From positions 197-64,196 of the forward strand of contig CAMBQQ010000004.1 of the NCBI GenBank assembly GCA_945870035.1: a DNA stretch of 64,000 bases. The letters are read 5' to 3'. This stretch comes from Rhizobium sp. Q54 (GTDB taxonomy: Bacteria; Pseudomonadota; Alphaproteobacteria; Rhizobiales; Xanthobacteraceae). Below are positions 30,768-41,261 of this stretch, piece by piece; position 1 is the stretch's first letter, and every line of letters starts with the position of its first letter. The notes beneath the pieces are model-generated. The model did no database searches, had not been told where the DNA came from, and saw only the letters and a list, made by a program, of their open reading frames with translations. The translations under genes and the position numbers were made by a program.

Positions 30768-32084
30768 ATGAGAAAACTAACTTTGGCTCTTACCGCTCTC
30801 GCGCTTGGCGCGACGGGCATGACAGCACCGGCAATGGCGCAGAACGAGCAGTTTCTGCCGTCGCTGGTTTACCGCACCGGACCTTACGCGCCGAACGGCA
30901 TTCCGTTCGCTAACGGCGTCGCCGACTATTGGACAATGCTCAATGAGCGCGACGGCGGCATTAACGGCGTAAAGATCGTCGCTGAAGAATGTGAGACCGG
31001 CTACGCCACCGACAAGGGCGTCGAATGCTATGAGCGCCTCAAGGGCAAGGGCCCGACCGGCGCCGGCTATTTCTCGCCGCTCTCGACCGGTATCACCTTC
31101 GCGCTGACCGAGAAGGTGCCGGGCGACAAGATCCCGCTGCTGACCATGGGCTATGGCCGTTCGGAAAGCCGCAACGGCGCAGTGTTTCCGTGGAATTTCG
31201 TCGCCGTTGGCAGTTATTGGACCGCGGCCGACGTCGCCATTCAGCACATCGCCAAGGAACTCGGCGGTGCCGATAAGCTGAAGGGCAAGAAGATCAGCCT
31301 CGTCTATCACGACAGCCCATACGGCAAGGAGCCGATCGCGGCGCTCGAACAACGCGCCAAGGTCAATGGCTTCACCTTCAAGGCGATTCCGGTCACGCAT
31401 CCGGGCGTCGAGCAGAAGTCGCAGTGGCTGGCGATCCGCCAGGATCGTCCTGACTATGTGTTGCTCTGGGGCTGGGGCGTGATGAACTCGACCTCGATCA
31501 AGGAAGCGGCGGCGGTCGGCTATCCGCGCGACAAGGTCATCGGCGTGTGGTGGTCGGGTGCCGAGCCTGACGTGACACCGGCCGGCGATCAATCGACCGG
31601 CTACAAGGCGCTGATGCTCCAGCACGGCGCCGGCAAGTTCAAGGTGCATGCCGACCTCGAAAAGTTCGTCATCTCCAAGAACAAGACCGCGACCAAGGAC
31701 GATTTCGCGCAAGTTCTCTACAATCGCGGATTGCTCAACTCGATGCTCGGCACCGAGGCGATCCGCACCGCGATGAAGAAGTTCGGCAACAAGCCGATGA
31801 CCGGCGAACAGGTTCGTTGGGGCTTTGAAAATCTCGACCTGACCGCCGCGCGCATCAAGGAACTGGGCTTCGAGGGCATGGTCAGCCCGATCAAGCTGAG
31901 CTGCGCCGACCACCAGGGCGCGGATGTCGCCCGCGTCCAGCAGTGGGACGGCAAGGCGTGGAAGGTGATCTCGGATTACTACAAGGCCGATCGCTCTATC
32001 CTCGATCCGATGGTCAAGGACGCCTCGGCCAAGTACGCCGCCGAGAAGAAGATCACGGCGCGCGACTGCTCGAAGGAGAGCTGA
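30768..32084 (+). CDS. ABC substrate-binding protein (LivK/PBP1 fold)
   Basis: Signal peptide, YRTGPYA and DSPYGKEP. Confidence 0.9.
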   Translation: MRKLTLALTALALGATGMTAPAMAQNEQFLPSLVYRTGPYAPNGIPFANGVADYWTMLNERDGGINGVKIVAEECETGYATDKGVECYERLKGKGPTGAGYFSPLSTGITFALTEKVPGDKIPLLTMGYGRSESRNGAVFPWNFVAVGSYWTAADVAIQHIAKELGGADKLKGKKISLVYHDSPYGKEPIAALEQRAKVNGFTFKAIPVTHPGVEQKSQWLAIRQDRPDYVLLWGWGVMNSTSIKEAAAVGYPRDKVIGVWWSGAEPDVTPAGDQSTGYKALMLQHGAGKFKVHADLEKFVISKNKTATKDDFAQVLYNRGLLNSMLGTEAIRTAMKKFGNKPMTGEQVRWGFENLDLTAARIKELGFEGMVSPIKLSCADHQGADVARVQQWDGKAWKVISDYYKADRSILDPMVKDASAKYAAEKKITARDCSKES

Positions 32085-32101
32085 TCGCCGTTTGAGAAAT
32101 A

Positions 32102-32126
32102 GGGAGGCGGCGCCGTGCCGCCTCCC
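32102..32126 (+). other. Intra-operon stem-loop after the substrate-binding gene
   Basis: gggaggcggc-N5-gccgcctccc with no U-tract. Confidence 0.55.
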
Positions 32127-32161
32127 GCTCTTCCCTCACTGCCAAGACCGGAGTTGATCGC

Positions 32162-33004
32162 GTGTCATCCGTCGCCGCACCCGCCGCATCCGTTCAGACG
32201 GAAAAGTCGCTGCTTTCGGTGAGCAACATCGAGGTCATCTACAATTCCGTCATTCTGGTGCTCAAAGGTGTCTCGCTCGACGTGCCGAAGGGCGGCATCG
32301 TCGCGCTGTTGGGGGCCAATGGCGCCGGCAAGTCGACGACGCTGAAGGCCATTTCCAACCTGCTGCGCGCCGAGCGCGGCGACGTCACCAAGGGCGTTAT
32401 TCTGTTCGAGGGCAAGGAAGTTCAGGACCTGACGCCGAACGAACTGGTGCAGCGCGGCTGCATCCAGGTGATGGAGGGCCGGCATTGCTTCGGCCATCTC
32501 ACCATCGAAGAGAACCTGATGACCGGCGCTTTCACGCGCAAGGACGGCAAGGCCGCGATTCAGCGCGACCTCGACCTGGTCTATGGCTATTTCCCCAAGC
32601 TCAAGCAGCGCCGCGACTCGCTCGCCGGCTATACGTCGGGCGGCGAGCAGCAGATGTGCGCGGTTGGACGCGCGCTGATGTCGCGGCCGAAGATGATTCT
32701 GCTCGACGAGCCGTCGATGGGCTTGGCGCCGCAGATCGTCGAAGAAATTTTCGAGATCGTGAAGCATCTCAACGAAAAAGAGCAGGTGTCGTTCCTGCTC
32801 GCCGAGCAGAATACCAACATGGCGCTGCGTTATGCGCGCTACGGCTACATTCTCGAGAATGGCCGCGTGGTGATGGACGGTGACGCCAAGTCGCTGTCCG
32901 AGAACGAGGACGTCAAGGAATTCTACCTCGGCATTTCCGACGGCCGCCGCAAGTCGTTCCGCGAGGGCAAGCATTATCGCCGGCGCAAGCGCTGGCTGGC
33001 GTAA
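32162..33004 (+). CDS. ABC ATP-binding protein (LivF-like)
   Basis: GANGAGKS, TSGGEQQM and LDEPSMGLAP. Confidence 0.92.
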   Translation: MSSVAAPAASVQTEKSLLSVSNIEVIYNSVILVLKGVSLDVPKGGIVALLGANGAGKSTTLKAISNLLRAERGDVTKGVILFEGKEVQDLTPNELVQRGCIQVMEGRHCFGHLTIEENLMTGAFTRKDGKAAIQRDLDLVYGYFPKLKQRRDSLAGYTSGGEQQMCAVGRALMSRPKMILLDEPSMGLAPQIVEEIFEIVKHLNEKEQVSFLLAEQNTNMALRYARYGYILENGRVVMDGDAKSLSENEDVKEFYLGISDGRRKSFREGKHYRRRKRWLA

Positions 33005-33009
33005 CCCGG

Positions 33010-34242
33010 ATGGGCGATCACTACGACAGTTTGGAAATTCGCAATCCGGCGCTGCGCGAGAGCGAGCAGACCGCCGCGCTGCATGGGGCGATCGCGCATG
33101 CCATGACAGCGCCGGGCTGGGCGGCACATCTCAAGGGGATCGATCCCAAATCCGTCACCTCGCGCGCGGCGCTGGCGAAACTGCCGGTGCTGCGCAAATC
33201 CGATATCGCCGATCTGCAAAAGGCCTCGCCGCCGTTCGGAGGCCTTAATGTCACGCCGCCGGGCAAGGCGAAACGCCTGCTGATGTCGCCCGGCCCGATC
33301 TACGAGCCCGAAGGCGGTGACGCAGGGAATTGGGGCGCGGCGCGCGCCTGTTTTGCCGCGGGCTTTCGCTCAGGCGACATCGTGCACAACGCATTTAGCT
33401 ATCACCTGACGCCGGGCGCCTTTATGCTCGAATCCGGCGCGCACGCGCTCGGCTGCGCCGTCATTCCCGGCGGCGTCGGCAATACTGAACAACAACTCGA
33501 TGCGATCGCGCATTACAAGCCGGTTGGCTATGTCGGCACGCCTGACTTTCTCAAGATCCTGCTCGATACCGCCGCAAAGACCGGCAAGGACGCCTCGTCG
33601 ATCAAGCGCGCGCTGGTGTCGGGCGCGGCGCTGCCCGGGTCGCTGCGCGACGAGCTGCGTTCGCGCGGCGTCGCCGTGGTGCAATGCTACGCCACCGCCG
33701 AACTCGGCATTGTCGCCTACGAGAGCGAAGCGATGCAGGGCATGATCGTCAACGAAAATCTGATCCTCGAAATCGTTCGTCCCGGAACGGGCGAACCTGT
33801 CGCTGAAGGCGAGGTCGGCGAGATTGTCGTCACCTCGTTCAATCTCGACTACCCGATGATCCGCCTCGCGACCGGCGATCTGTCGGCGCTGCTGCCCGGC
33901 GTGTCGCCTTGCGGCCGCACCAATATCCGCATCAAGGGCTGGATGGGCCGCGCCGACCAGACCGCCAAGATCAAGGGCATGTTCGTGCATCCGAAGCAGG
34001 TGGCCGAAGTCGGCCAGCGTCATCCGGAATTGTCGCGGCTGCGCCTCGTCGTCGGCCGCGAGGCCGAGCAGGACACCATGACGCTGCTCGCCGAATCCGC
34101 CTCATCGGACGCCGCGCTGGCGGCGGCGGCCGCCGACACGCTGCAATCGGTCACCAAGCTCAAGGGCAATGTCATGCTGGTCAAGCCGGGCAGTCTGCCC
34201 AATGACGGCAAGGTGATCGCCGACGAACGGCCGGTCGGCTAG
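33010..34242 (+). CDS. Phenylacetate-CoA ligase-like (PaaK family) protein
   Basis: FSYHLTPG, YATAELG, IRLATGDLS and GWMGRADQ. Confidence 0.85.
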   Translation: MGDHYDSLEIRNPALRESEQTAALHGAIAHAMTAPGWAAHLKGIDPKSVTSRAALAKLPVLRKSDIADLQKASPPFGGLNVTPPGKAKRLLMSPGPIYEPEGGDAGNWGAARACFAAGFRSGDIVHNAFSYHLTPGAFMLESGAHALGCAVIPGGVGNTEQQLDAIAHYKPVGYVGTPDFLKILLDTAAKTGKDASSIKRALVSGAALPGSLRDELRSRGVAVVQCYATAELGIVAYESEAMQGMIVNENLILEIVRPGTGEPVAEGEVGEIVVTSFNLDYPMIRLATGDLSALLPGVSPCGRTNIRIKGWMGRADQTAKIKGMFVHPKQVAEVGQRHPELSRLRLVVGREAEQDTMTLLAESASSDAALAAAAADTLQSVTKLKGNVMLVKPGSLPNDGKVIADERPVG

Positions 34243-34282
34243 GGCACTTGACCGCGCGCGGCATTTCCCGCTGATAGCCGTC

Positions 34283-35320
34283 ATGAACACGCGCGACACC
34301 ACCCATCTGCCTGCCGGCCACCCGCCGCTGCCGCCGCGCCGCATCGGCGTCTTGCTGGTCAATCTCGGCACGCCCGACGCCACCGATTACTGGTCGATGC
34401 GGCGCTACCTCAAGGAATTCCTGTCCGACCGGCGCGTGATCGAGGAAAACCCGGTCAAATGGTGGCTGGTGCTCAACCTGATCATTCTGACGGTTCGTCC
34501 GGCCCGCAAGGGCCGCGACTACGACAAGATATGGAACAAGGAGCGCAATGAGTCTTTCCTCAAGACCATCACGCGCTCGCAATCGGACAAGCTCGGCGCC
34601 GAGTTGGCGAGCGATCCGCGCCTCAAGGTCGACTGGGCGATGCGCTACGGCAACCCGTCGATCAAGTCGCGCCTCGACGCCATGCAGGCGGCCGGCTGCG
34701 ACCGCATCCTGATCGTGCCGCTCTATCCGCAATATGCGGCGGCAACGACCGCGACCGTCTGCGACAAGGCGTTCGAGGCACTCGCCGCGATGCGCTGGCA
34801 GCCGGCCGTGCGCTTCGCGCCGGCCTATTTCGACAATCCGGTCTATATCGACGCGCTGGCGTCATCGATCGAGGACAACCTCGCCAAATTGTCCTTCAAG
34901 CCGGATGTCATCATCGCTTCGTTTCACGGCATGCCGGAAGACTATCTGCGCAAGGGCGATCCCTATTACTGTCAGTGCCACGCCACCGCGCGTCTGTTGC
35001 GCGAGCGACTCAAGCTCGACGACAAGCAATTGATGCTGACGTTCCAGTCGCGCTTCGGCCCGGCCGAATGGCTCAAGCCCTATACCGACATGACGGTGAA
35101 GGCGCTGGCCGAAAGCGGCGTGAAAAACCTCGCCGTCATCACGCCGGGTTTTTCCTCCGACTGCCTGGAGACTCTGGAGGAGATCGCCATGGAAAATGCC
35201 GAAATCTTCCGTCATGCCGGTGGCGAGAACTTCGCGGCGATCCCCTGTCTCAACGACAGTCCGGGCGGTATCGCGGTCATCCGCGACGTGGTCGCCCGGG
35301 AACTACAGGGCTGGGTTTGA
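34283..35320 (+). CDS. hemH: Ferrochelatase
   Basis: LLVNLGTPD, MRYGNP, PLYPQY, FQSRFG and DCLETLEEI. Confidence 0.96.
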   Translation: MNTRDTTHLPAGHPPLPPRRIGVLLVNLGTPDATDYWSMRRYLKEFLSDRRVIEENPVKWWLVLNLIILTVRPARKGRDYDKIWNKERNESFLKTITRSQSDKLGAELASDPRLKVDWAMRYGNPSIKSRLDAMQAAGCDRILIVPLYPQYAAATTATVCDKAFEALAAMRWQPAVRFAPAYFDNPVYIDALASSIEDNLAKLSFKPDVIIASFHGMPEDYLRKGDPYYCQCHATARLLRERLKLDDKQLMLTFQSRFGPAEWLKPYTDMTVKALAESGVKNLAVITPGFSSDCLETLEEIAMENAEIFRHAGGENFAAIPCLNDSPGGIAVIRDVVARELQGWV

Positions 35321-35348
35321 CGGTCTCTACCGGCCCATCAACACCTCA

Positions 35349-35377
35349 TTAACCATAGGCCTTTAACGTCCGTTAAC
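35349..35377 (+). promoter_or_regulatory. Possible CtrA-type site
   Basis: TTTA-N7-TTAAC (35362-35377) plus a TTAACC half-site at 35349. Confidence 0.4.
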
Positions 35378-35408
35378 CACTTCCCGCCGTTTCAGCGGGC
35401 CGTGCGCC

Positions 35409-37087
35409 ATGGACGGAGGCCTGAGGCTGAACGTGCTGCGCCTTTCCCGCTCAATTTTCATCCCGCGCCATCGCGCCGGGTTGATGGCGGCCGCTTGCGC
35501 GCTGGCGCTCGGCATGGGCATGGGTTTGGGCGTGGCGTTGGCGCAAATCGTGCCGCCGGATCCAGATCCCCTGACGCCGAAGCTGCAAACCGATCCGCGC
35601 AAGCCGCCGCGTTTCCAGCAGTTCAGCCAGCCGCAACTCGAGCAACTAAGCGCGCCGCCGGTCTTCACGGCATCGAGCGCCGCCGGCAACACCGGTTTCG
35701 ATTCCACCAATCGGAAGTCAAAAAACAAAGCCGGAACCAAACCAAAGCCGAGGCCGGCAGCGAGCGCCCCGGCGAGCACGGACGTTTTCGCTGCGACGCC
35801 GGCGGAGACGCCGGCCGTCTCGCCGTACCAGAAGCCCTTTGCATCGCCGGCGACATCGGCCAATGCCTCGGCGCCCGGCAGTCCGCCGGTCGAGATCGGT
35901 CCGATCCGCAAACTGCCCGCCAAGCGCAAGGCTCACAGCGAGCCGGACGATCCTTACGCTGCTCTCGGCTTTCATGCCGGCAGCTTTCTTTTGTATCCGG
36001 CGATCGAAGTGATCGGCGGCTACGACACCAATCCATCGCGCACGCCGAGCGCCAAAGGCGCGGCGGTTTATTCGGTCGCGCCGGAACTGCGCGCCGAGTC
36101 GAACTGGTCACGGCACGAGCTCAAAGGTGAATTGCGCGGCAGTTATACCGGCTATAGCCCGGACACCGAGCCGACCTTGAACCGGCCGAATATCAACGGC
36201 AAGGCAGACGGTCGCATCGACGTCACGCACGATACCCGCATCGATCTCGGCGGCCGCGTGCTGGTGGCGACCGACAATCCGGGCAGTCCGAATTTGCAGG
36301 CGGATCTCGCCAAATTGCCGATTTACACGACCTTCGGCGGCAGCGCCGGCATCGGCCAGAAATTCAGCCGTTTCGATCTGTCGCTCAAGGGCGATGCCGA
36401 GCGCACTGTCTACCAGGACTCGAAGTTGACCGACGGTTCGACCGCCAGCAATGACGACCGCAACTACAATCAGTACGCCGTCAGACTGCGTGGCGGCTAT
36501 GAGCTGACGCCGGGCGTCACGCCCTTCGTCGAGGCTGGTATCGATACGCGGCGGCATGACCAGGCCATCGACTCGTCCGGCTATCAGCGCGATTCAAAAG
36601 GCCTTACGGCGTTCGTCGGCTCAACCTTTGAACTGTCGCGTCTGCTCACCGGCGAGGTCGCGGTCGGTTACACCCGGCGCAATTATGACGACGCGCGGCT
36701 GTCGCAGCTCAAAGGCTTGATCGGCAATGCGTCTTTGGTGTGGACCGCCAATGCGCTGACAACGGTCAAGCTCACCGCGGCCTCAATGATCGGCGAGTCG
36801 AACGTGCCCGGCGTATCCGGCTCGTTCTACCGCGACGTCGGCTTGCAGATCGATCATTCGTTCAGGCGCTGGCTGATCGGCAGCGTCAAGTTAGGCTTCG
36901 GGCTGGACGACTATGTCGGCCTGTCGCGTGAGGACAAGCGTTACTCGGCCGGCGTTGGTCTGACCTACAAACTGAACCGCACCACGCAGATCAAGGGCGA
37001 AGCGCGCAGGATTGGCTGCGTTCGAACGTCACCGGCAACGATTACACCGCCAGTGTCTTCCTGCTCGGTCTCAGATTTCAGCAGTAA
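35409..37087 (+). CDS. Outer-membrane beta-barrel protein, frameshifted at about 37007 as sequenced
   Basis: Signal peptide, Pro-rich linker and amphipathic strands. The barrel terminus QDWLRSNVTGNDYTASVFLLGLRFQQ* (stop 37085-37087) is in another frame. Confidence 0.82.
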
Positions 37088-37088
37088 T

Positions 37089-37967
37089 TTATTCGTCGAG
37101 CAGCCGTTTCAGCTCGCCGCGGAATTCGTCGGCGAGGTCGGGCCGGTCGAGCGCATAGGCGACGTTGGCGGTGAGAAACCCAATTTTCGATCCGCAATCA
37201 TAGCTGCGGCCTTCGAACTTGAGACCGTAGAACGGCTGCGTCTTGGCCAAGGCCAGCATGGCATCGGTCAACTGGATTTCGCCGCCGGCGCCGGCCGCCT
37301 GCTTGCCGAGCAAGTCGAAAATTTCCGGCTGCAGGATATAGCGCCCGGTGATCGACAGATTGGATGGCGCGTCGGCCACCTTCGGCTTCTCGACCATCTG
37401 CGTAATTTCGAAAGCCTTGCCTTTGGGTTTGCCGATGCCGACCACGCCATACATATGGACGCGGTCCATCGGCACTTCTTCGACCGCGACGATGTTGGCG
37501 TTGGCATCGAGATCCTTGGCGGCGTCGATCATCTGCGCCAGGCAGCCGCGCGGATTTTTCACCAGCACGTCAGGCAGGATGACGGCGAAGGGTTCGTCGC
37601 CGACCAGGTCACGCGCGCACCAGACGGCATGGCCAAGGCCGAGCGGCGATTGCTGCCGGGTGAAGCTGGTGCCGCCGGCGTCTGGCAGGTCGGTTTCCAG
37701 AAGCTTGAGTTCGTTCTTCTTGCCGCGTTCGATCAAGGTCACTTCAAGCTCGAACTGGCGGTCAAAGTGGTCCTCGATCACGCTTTTGTTGCGGCCGGTG
37801 ACGAAAATGCAGTGCTCGATGCCCGCCTGCCGCGCCTCATCGACGACATGCTGGATCAGCGGCCGGTCGACCACCGGCAGCATTTCCTTCGGCATCGCCT
37901 TGGTGGCGGGCAGGAAGCGGGTGCCAAGGCCGGCGACGGGAAAAATGGCTTTGCGAATACGGGTCAT
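37089..37967 (-). CDS. galU: UTP--glucose-1-phosphate uridylyltransferase
   Basis: KAIFPVAGLGTRFLPATKAMPKEMLP, PLGLGHAV and GEIQLTDA. Confidence 0.96.
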   Translation of the reverse strand: MTRIRKAIFPVAGLGTRFLPATKAMPKEMLPVVDRPLIQHVVDEARQAGIEHCIFVTGRNKSVIEDHFDRQFELEVTLIERGKKNELKLLETDLPDAGGTSFTRQQSPLGLGHAVWCARDLVGDEPFAVILPDVLVKNPRGCLAQMIDAAKDLDANANIVAVEEVPMDRVHMYGVVGIGKPKGKAFEITQMVEKPKVADAPSNLSITGRYILQPEIFDLLGKQAAGAGGEIQLTDAMLALAKTQPFYGLKFEGRSYDCGSKIGFLTANVAYALDRPDLADEFRGELKRLLDE

Positions 37968-38157
37968 GGGCAGGAGCGCTCTCTGGTCGGCCGGCAAAAT
38001 GCCGGTGCAACTATCAAGCACAAAGCGGCAGGAAAGGTCCATATTGGAACCTAAGTGCGGCCAAAAGTGCCGAAAATCCACGACCATTAACGTCGCAGCA
38101 ACGAAATCGCTGCACCCATAGTGTCCGGGGTGCGTTAGATTGGGCAGGCGGTATCAC

Positions 38158-39480
38158 ATGCGAGCGACACGACCCATAGCATTGGCGGCCACACTGCTTG
38201 TCGCGGTGAGCACGAGCGCGTTTGCGCAGAACGACGGTGACCGCACCGGCACCGTCCCGGCGGCGCCGATCGGCCGGCCGGACGCGCGCGAATGGAGCGG
38301 CGAGGACGGCGCTTCGGGCCATCCGCAGATGACCGCGGCGGCGATCCGCCAGGCGGCCGCCAATTTTCAGTCCTGCATCGCAGGCCTGTATCCAATGGCG
38401 GCGCGTCACGGCGTCTCGCGCATGACCTATCAGAGCCTGACCTCGGATTTGTCGCCCTATCTGCGCATCATGGACCTGATGGACAGCCAGCCGGAATTCA
38501 CCAAGGCGGTCTGGGACTATCTCGACGTTCTGGTCAACGACAAGCGCGTCGCCGCCGGCCGCGAGATGCTGGAGAAATATCGCAGCACCTTCGATGCGGC
38601 CGAGAAGGCCTATGGCGTCGACCGTCATATCGTTGCCGCGATATGGGGCGTCGAGACCAATTACGGCGCCATCCGCGGCGACCGGCCGGTGTTGCAATCG
38701 ACCGCGACCTTGGCCTGCGTCGGGCGGCGGCAGCGCTATTTCCGCGACGAGTTCATCGCCGCGCTCGATATCGTCAATCGCGGTGACGTGAAAAAGGAAA
38801 GGCTGGTTGGATCCTGGGCCGGCGCGTTCGGGCCGACGCAGTTCATGCCGACGGCGTTCAAGCGCTATGCGGTCGATTTCGACGGCGACGGCCATCGCAA
38901 TGTCGTCGACTCGATGCCCGACCTGATCGCCTCGACCGCCAACAATCTGAAAAAAGCCGGCTGGGTGAGCGGGCAGACCTGGGGATACGAAGTCGTCATC
39001 CCGGCGAATTTCAATTTTCAATTGGCAGACCGTCATCGCGTCCTGTCGATCGCCGAGTGGGAGCGTCATGGCATCACCCGCCCCGGCGGCAAGCCTTTTC
39101 CGCGACCGGGCGATCATGCCTTTGTTCTGATTCCGGCCGGCGTCCAGGGCCCGGGATTCCTGATGCTGCCGAACTTCAAAGCGATCATGAAATACAACCC
39201 AGCGGAAGCCTATGCGCTGGCGATCGGCCATCTTGCCGACCGGCTGCGCGGCGGTGAGCCCTTCGAGCAGGATTGGCCGCGATATGAGCGCGTGCTGACG
39301 CGCGCTGAACGGCTGGAACTGCAACAACTCCTTGAACGCCACGGCTTTGACGTCGGCGAGCCGGATGGCCGCCTCGGCTCGAAAACCCGTGATGCGCTAC
39401 GCGATTTCCAGGCCCGCATCGGCCGGGTTCCCGATGGTTTTGCCTCGGCCGGCGTGCTGGAGCGGCTCCGCGGGCGTTAA
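38158..39480 (+). CDS. Lytic murein transglycosylase (MltB-like) with peptidoglycan-binding domain
   Basis: IWGVETNYG, GSWAGAFGPTQFMP and C-terminal DGRLGSKTRDALRDFQ. Confidence 0.92.
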   Translation: MRATRPIALAATLLVAVSTSAFAQNDGDRTGTVPAAPIGRPDAREWSGEDGASGHPQMTAAAIRQAAANFQSCIAGLYPMAARHGVSRMTYQSLTSDLSPYLRIMDLMDSQPEFTKAVWDYLDVLVNDKRVAAGREMLEKYRSTFDAAEKAYGVDRHIVAAIWGVETNYGAIRGDRPVLQSTATLACVGRRQRYFRDEFIAALDIVNRGDVKKERLVGSWAGAFGPTQFMPTAFKRYAVDFDGDGHRNVVDSMPDLIASTANNLKKAGWVSGQTWGYEVVIPANFNFQLADRHRVLSIAEWERHGITRPGGKPFPRPGDHAFVLIPAGVQGPGFLMLPNFKAIMKYNPAEAYALAIGHLADRLRGGEPFEQDWPRYERVLTRAERLELQQLLERHGFDVGEPDGRLGSKTRDALRDFQARIGRVPDGFASAGVLERLRGR

Positions 39481-39602
39481 CCTTTGCTCAAATTCGGGCC
39501 CTGCCTCTTAAGGGCATGCGCTGCCCGACCTTCGGGTTGACATTTTTGGCTGGCTATTGGTCCATGCTTCCTCGGCGCTAAAGTCAGGTCTGGGCCTTCG
39601 GC

Positions 39603-41258
39603 ATGATGCGGAATAACCGGTTTTTGCAGCGCTTGGCGGTGATTGCCCTTCTCGGCGCGGCCGAGTGCACCGGTTTTGGCCTGATGGTGAGCGCGCCAGC
39701 ACAAGCGCAGGACTTTCCGTTTCTGACCCGCCAGCGCGCGCCGCGCGGCGATGGTTTTTTCCAGCAATTTTTCGGCCCGTCCAACCGCCGCCAGGACGAC
39801 CGCGACTATCAGCAGCAACAGGCGCCGGTCGATCATTCGCGGGCGCCTGCCGCGCGCAAGGCGGATCCTAAAGCCGATCAGATCGCGCCAACGACGTCCG
39901 TCGTCGTGCTCGGCGACGGCATGGCCGACTGGCTCGCTTATGGTCTCGAGGATGCATTTGGCGACGCGCCGGAAGTCGGCATCGTGCGCAAGAACAAGGT
40001 GCACTCGGGCCTGATCCGTTACGAGGCGCGCGGCGATCTCGACTGGTGGCACGTCGCGCGTGATATCCTCAACACCGAGAAACCGAATTACGTCGTCATG
40101 ATGCTCGGCGTCAGCGACCGGCAGAACTTCCGCGCTCAGGATCTTGCAAAAGAAGCTGACAAAAAAGCCGACGCCAAAGACGCGACCAAGGACTCCGCCA
40201 ATAAGGACGCCGCTGCGGCCGATCAGAACAAGGACGAAGAGAGCGACTCAATCGTCGCGCCCGAGCCGCCGGCCGGCAAAAGGGCAGGCGGCAACCTCGA
40301 ATTCCGCGGCGACCAATGGGAAAAGATTTATACGCGCCGTATCGACGACACGATCGCCGCGCTCAAGAGCAAGGGCGTTCCGGTGTTCTGGGTCGGCCTG
40401 CCGTCGATCCGCGGCACCCGTTCAACGTCCGACGCCGCCTATCTCAACGATCTGTACCGCGCCCGCGTCGAGAAGGCCGGCGCGGTCTATATCGATGTCT
40501 GGGACGGCTTCATCGACGAAGGCGGCAAGTACACCAATTTCGGCCCCGACTTCGAGGGCCAGATGCGCCGCCTGCGTTCGGGCGACGGTGTCTATTTCAC
40601 CAAATACGGCGCGCGCAAGCTGGCGCATTACGTCGAACGCGAGCTGCGCCGCTATATGAGCAATCGCGGACCGATCGCGCTGCCTTCGGGGCCGATGGGT
40701 CCGGTGCCGGCCGACGGCAAGCCGACGGCGCGTCCGCTGGCCGGTCCGGTGGTGCCGCTGACGATGACCTCGGCGGGTTCTGAAGAATTGCTCGGCGGCT
40801 CCGGCGTGGCCGGCGCTCGCGCCGACGCGACTGCGGTCGGCGTTCTGGTCAAGGGCGATGCGGTTTCCGCGCCGTCTGGCCGCGCCGACGATTTCTGGTG
40901 GCCGCGCGGCAGTCCGCCGCCCGCGCCGCCGGTTGCCGCGACCCCGCCGGCTGCGCCGGCCGCCGCGTCAGCGTCGATTGCCGCGCCTGCTATTGCTAAA
41001 CCTGAACCGGTCAAACCCGAACCGGCAAAGCCGGTGCCTGCTGTGGCTAATCCTGAACCGGCCAGGCCTGTTCAGAACACGGCGCGGCCGCCGCAACCTG
41101 CCGCGACAACGCGGCCGGCACCGCAACCGCCGAAGCCCGTCGATCCACGGGCGCGCGCTGCCGTCAACAACCCGCGCCCCCCGCAACCGGTACAGCCGGC
41201 GCGGCCACGCAATGACGGCCCGTTCGGCGCCGGCGGGCCGTTCGGCTGGATGCGGTAA
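39603..41258 (+). CDS. DUF459/SGNH-like exported protein with Pro-rich tail
   Basis: VVVLGDGMADWL, MLGVSD and DGVYFT; KPEP repeats. Confidence 0.8.
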   Translation: MMRNNRFLQRLAVIALLGAAECTGFGLMVSAPAQAQDFPFLTRQRAPRGDGFFQQFFGPSNRRQDDRDYQQQQAPVDHSRAPAARKADPKADQIAPTTSVVVLGDGMADWLAYGLEDAFGDAPEVGIVRKNKVHSGLIRYEARGDLDWWHVARDILNTEKPNYVVMMLGVSDRQNFRAQDLAKEADKKADAKDATKDSANKDAAAADQNKDEESDSIVAPEPPAGKRAGGNLEFRGDQWEKIYTRRIDDTIAALKSKGVPVFWVGLPSIRGTRSTSDAAYLNDLYRARVEKAGAVYIDVWDGFIDEGGKYTNFGPDFEGQMRRLRSGDGVYFTKYGARKLAHYVERELRRYMSNRGPIALPSGPMGPVPADGKPTARPLAGPVVPLTMTSAGSEELLGGSGVAGARADATAVGVLVKGDAVSAPSGRADDFWWPRGSPPPAPPVAATPPAAPAAASASIAAPAIAKPEPVKPEPAKPVPAVANPEPARPVQNTARPPQPAATTRPAPQPPKPVDPRARAAVNNPRPPQPVQPARPRNDGPFGAGGPFGWMR

Positions 41259-41261
41259 GAG

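Noticed and set aside
35409-38054. 881-aa ORF as one giant protein
   Set aside because: Everything after about 37007 is out-of-frame read-through across antisense galU; the natural barrel end is in the adjacent frame.
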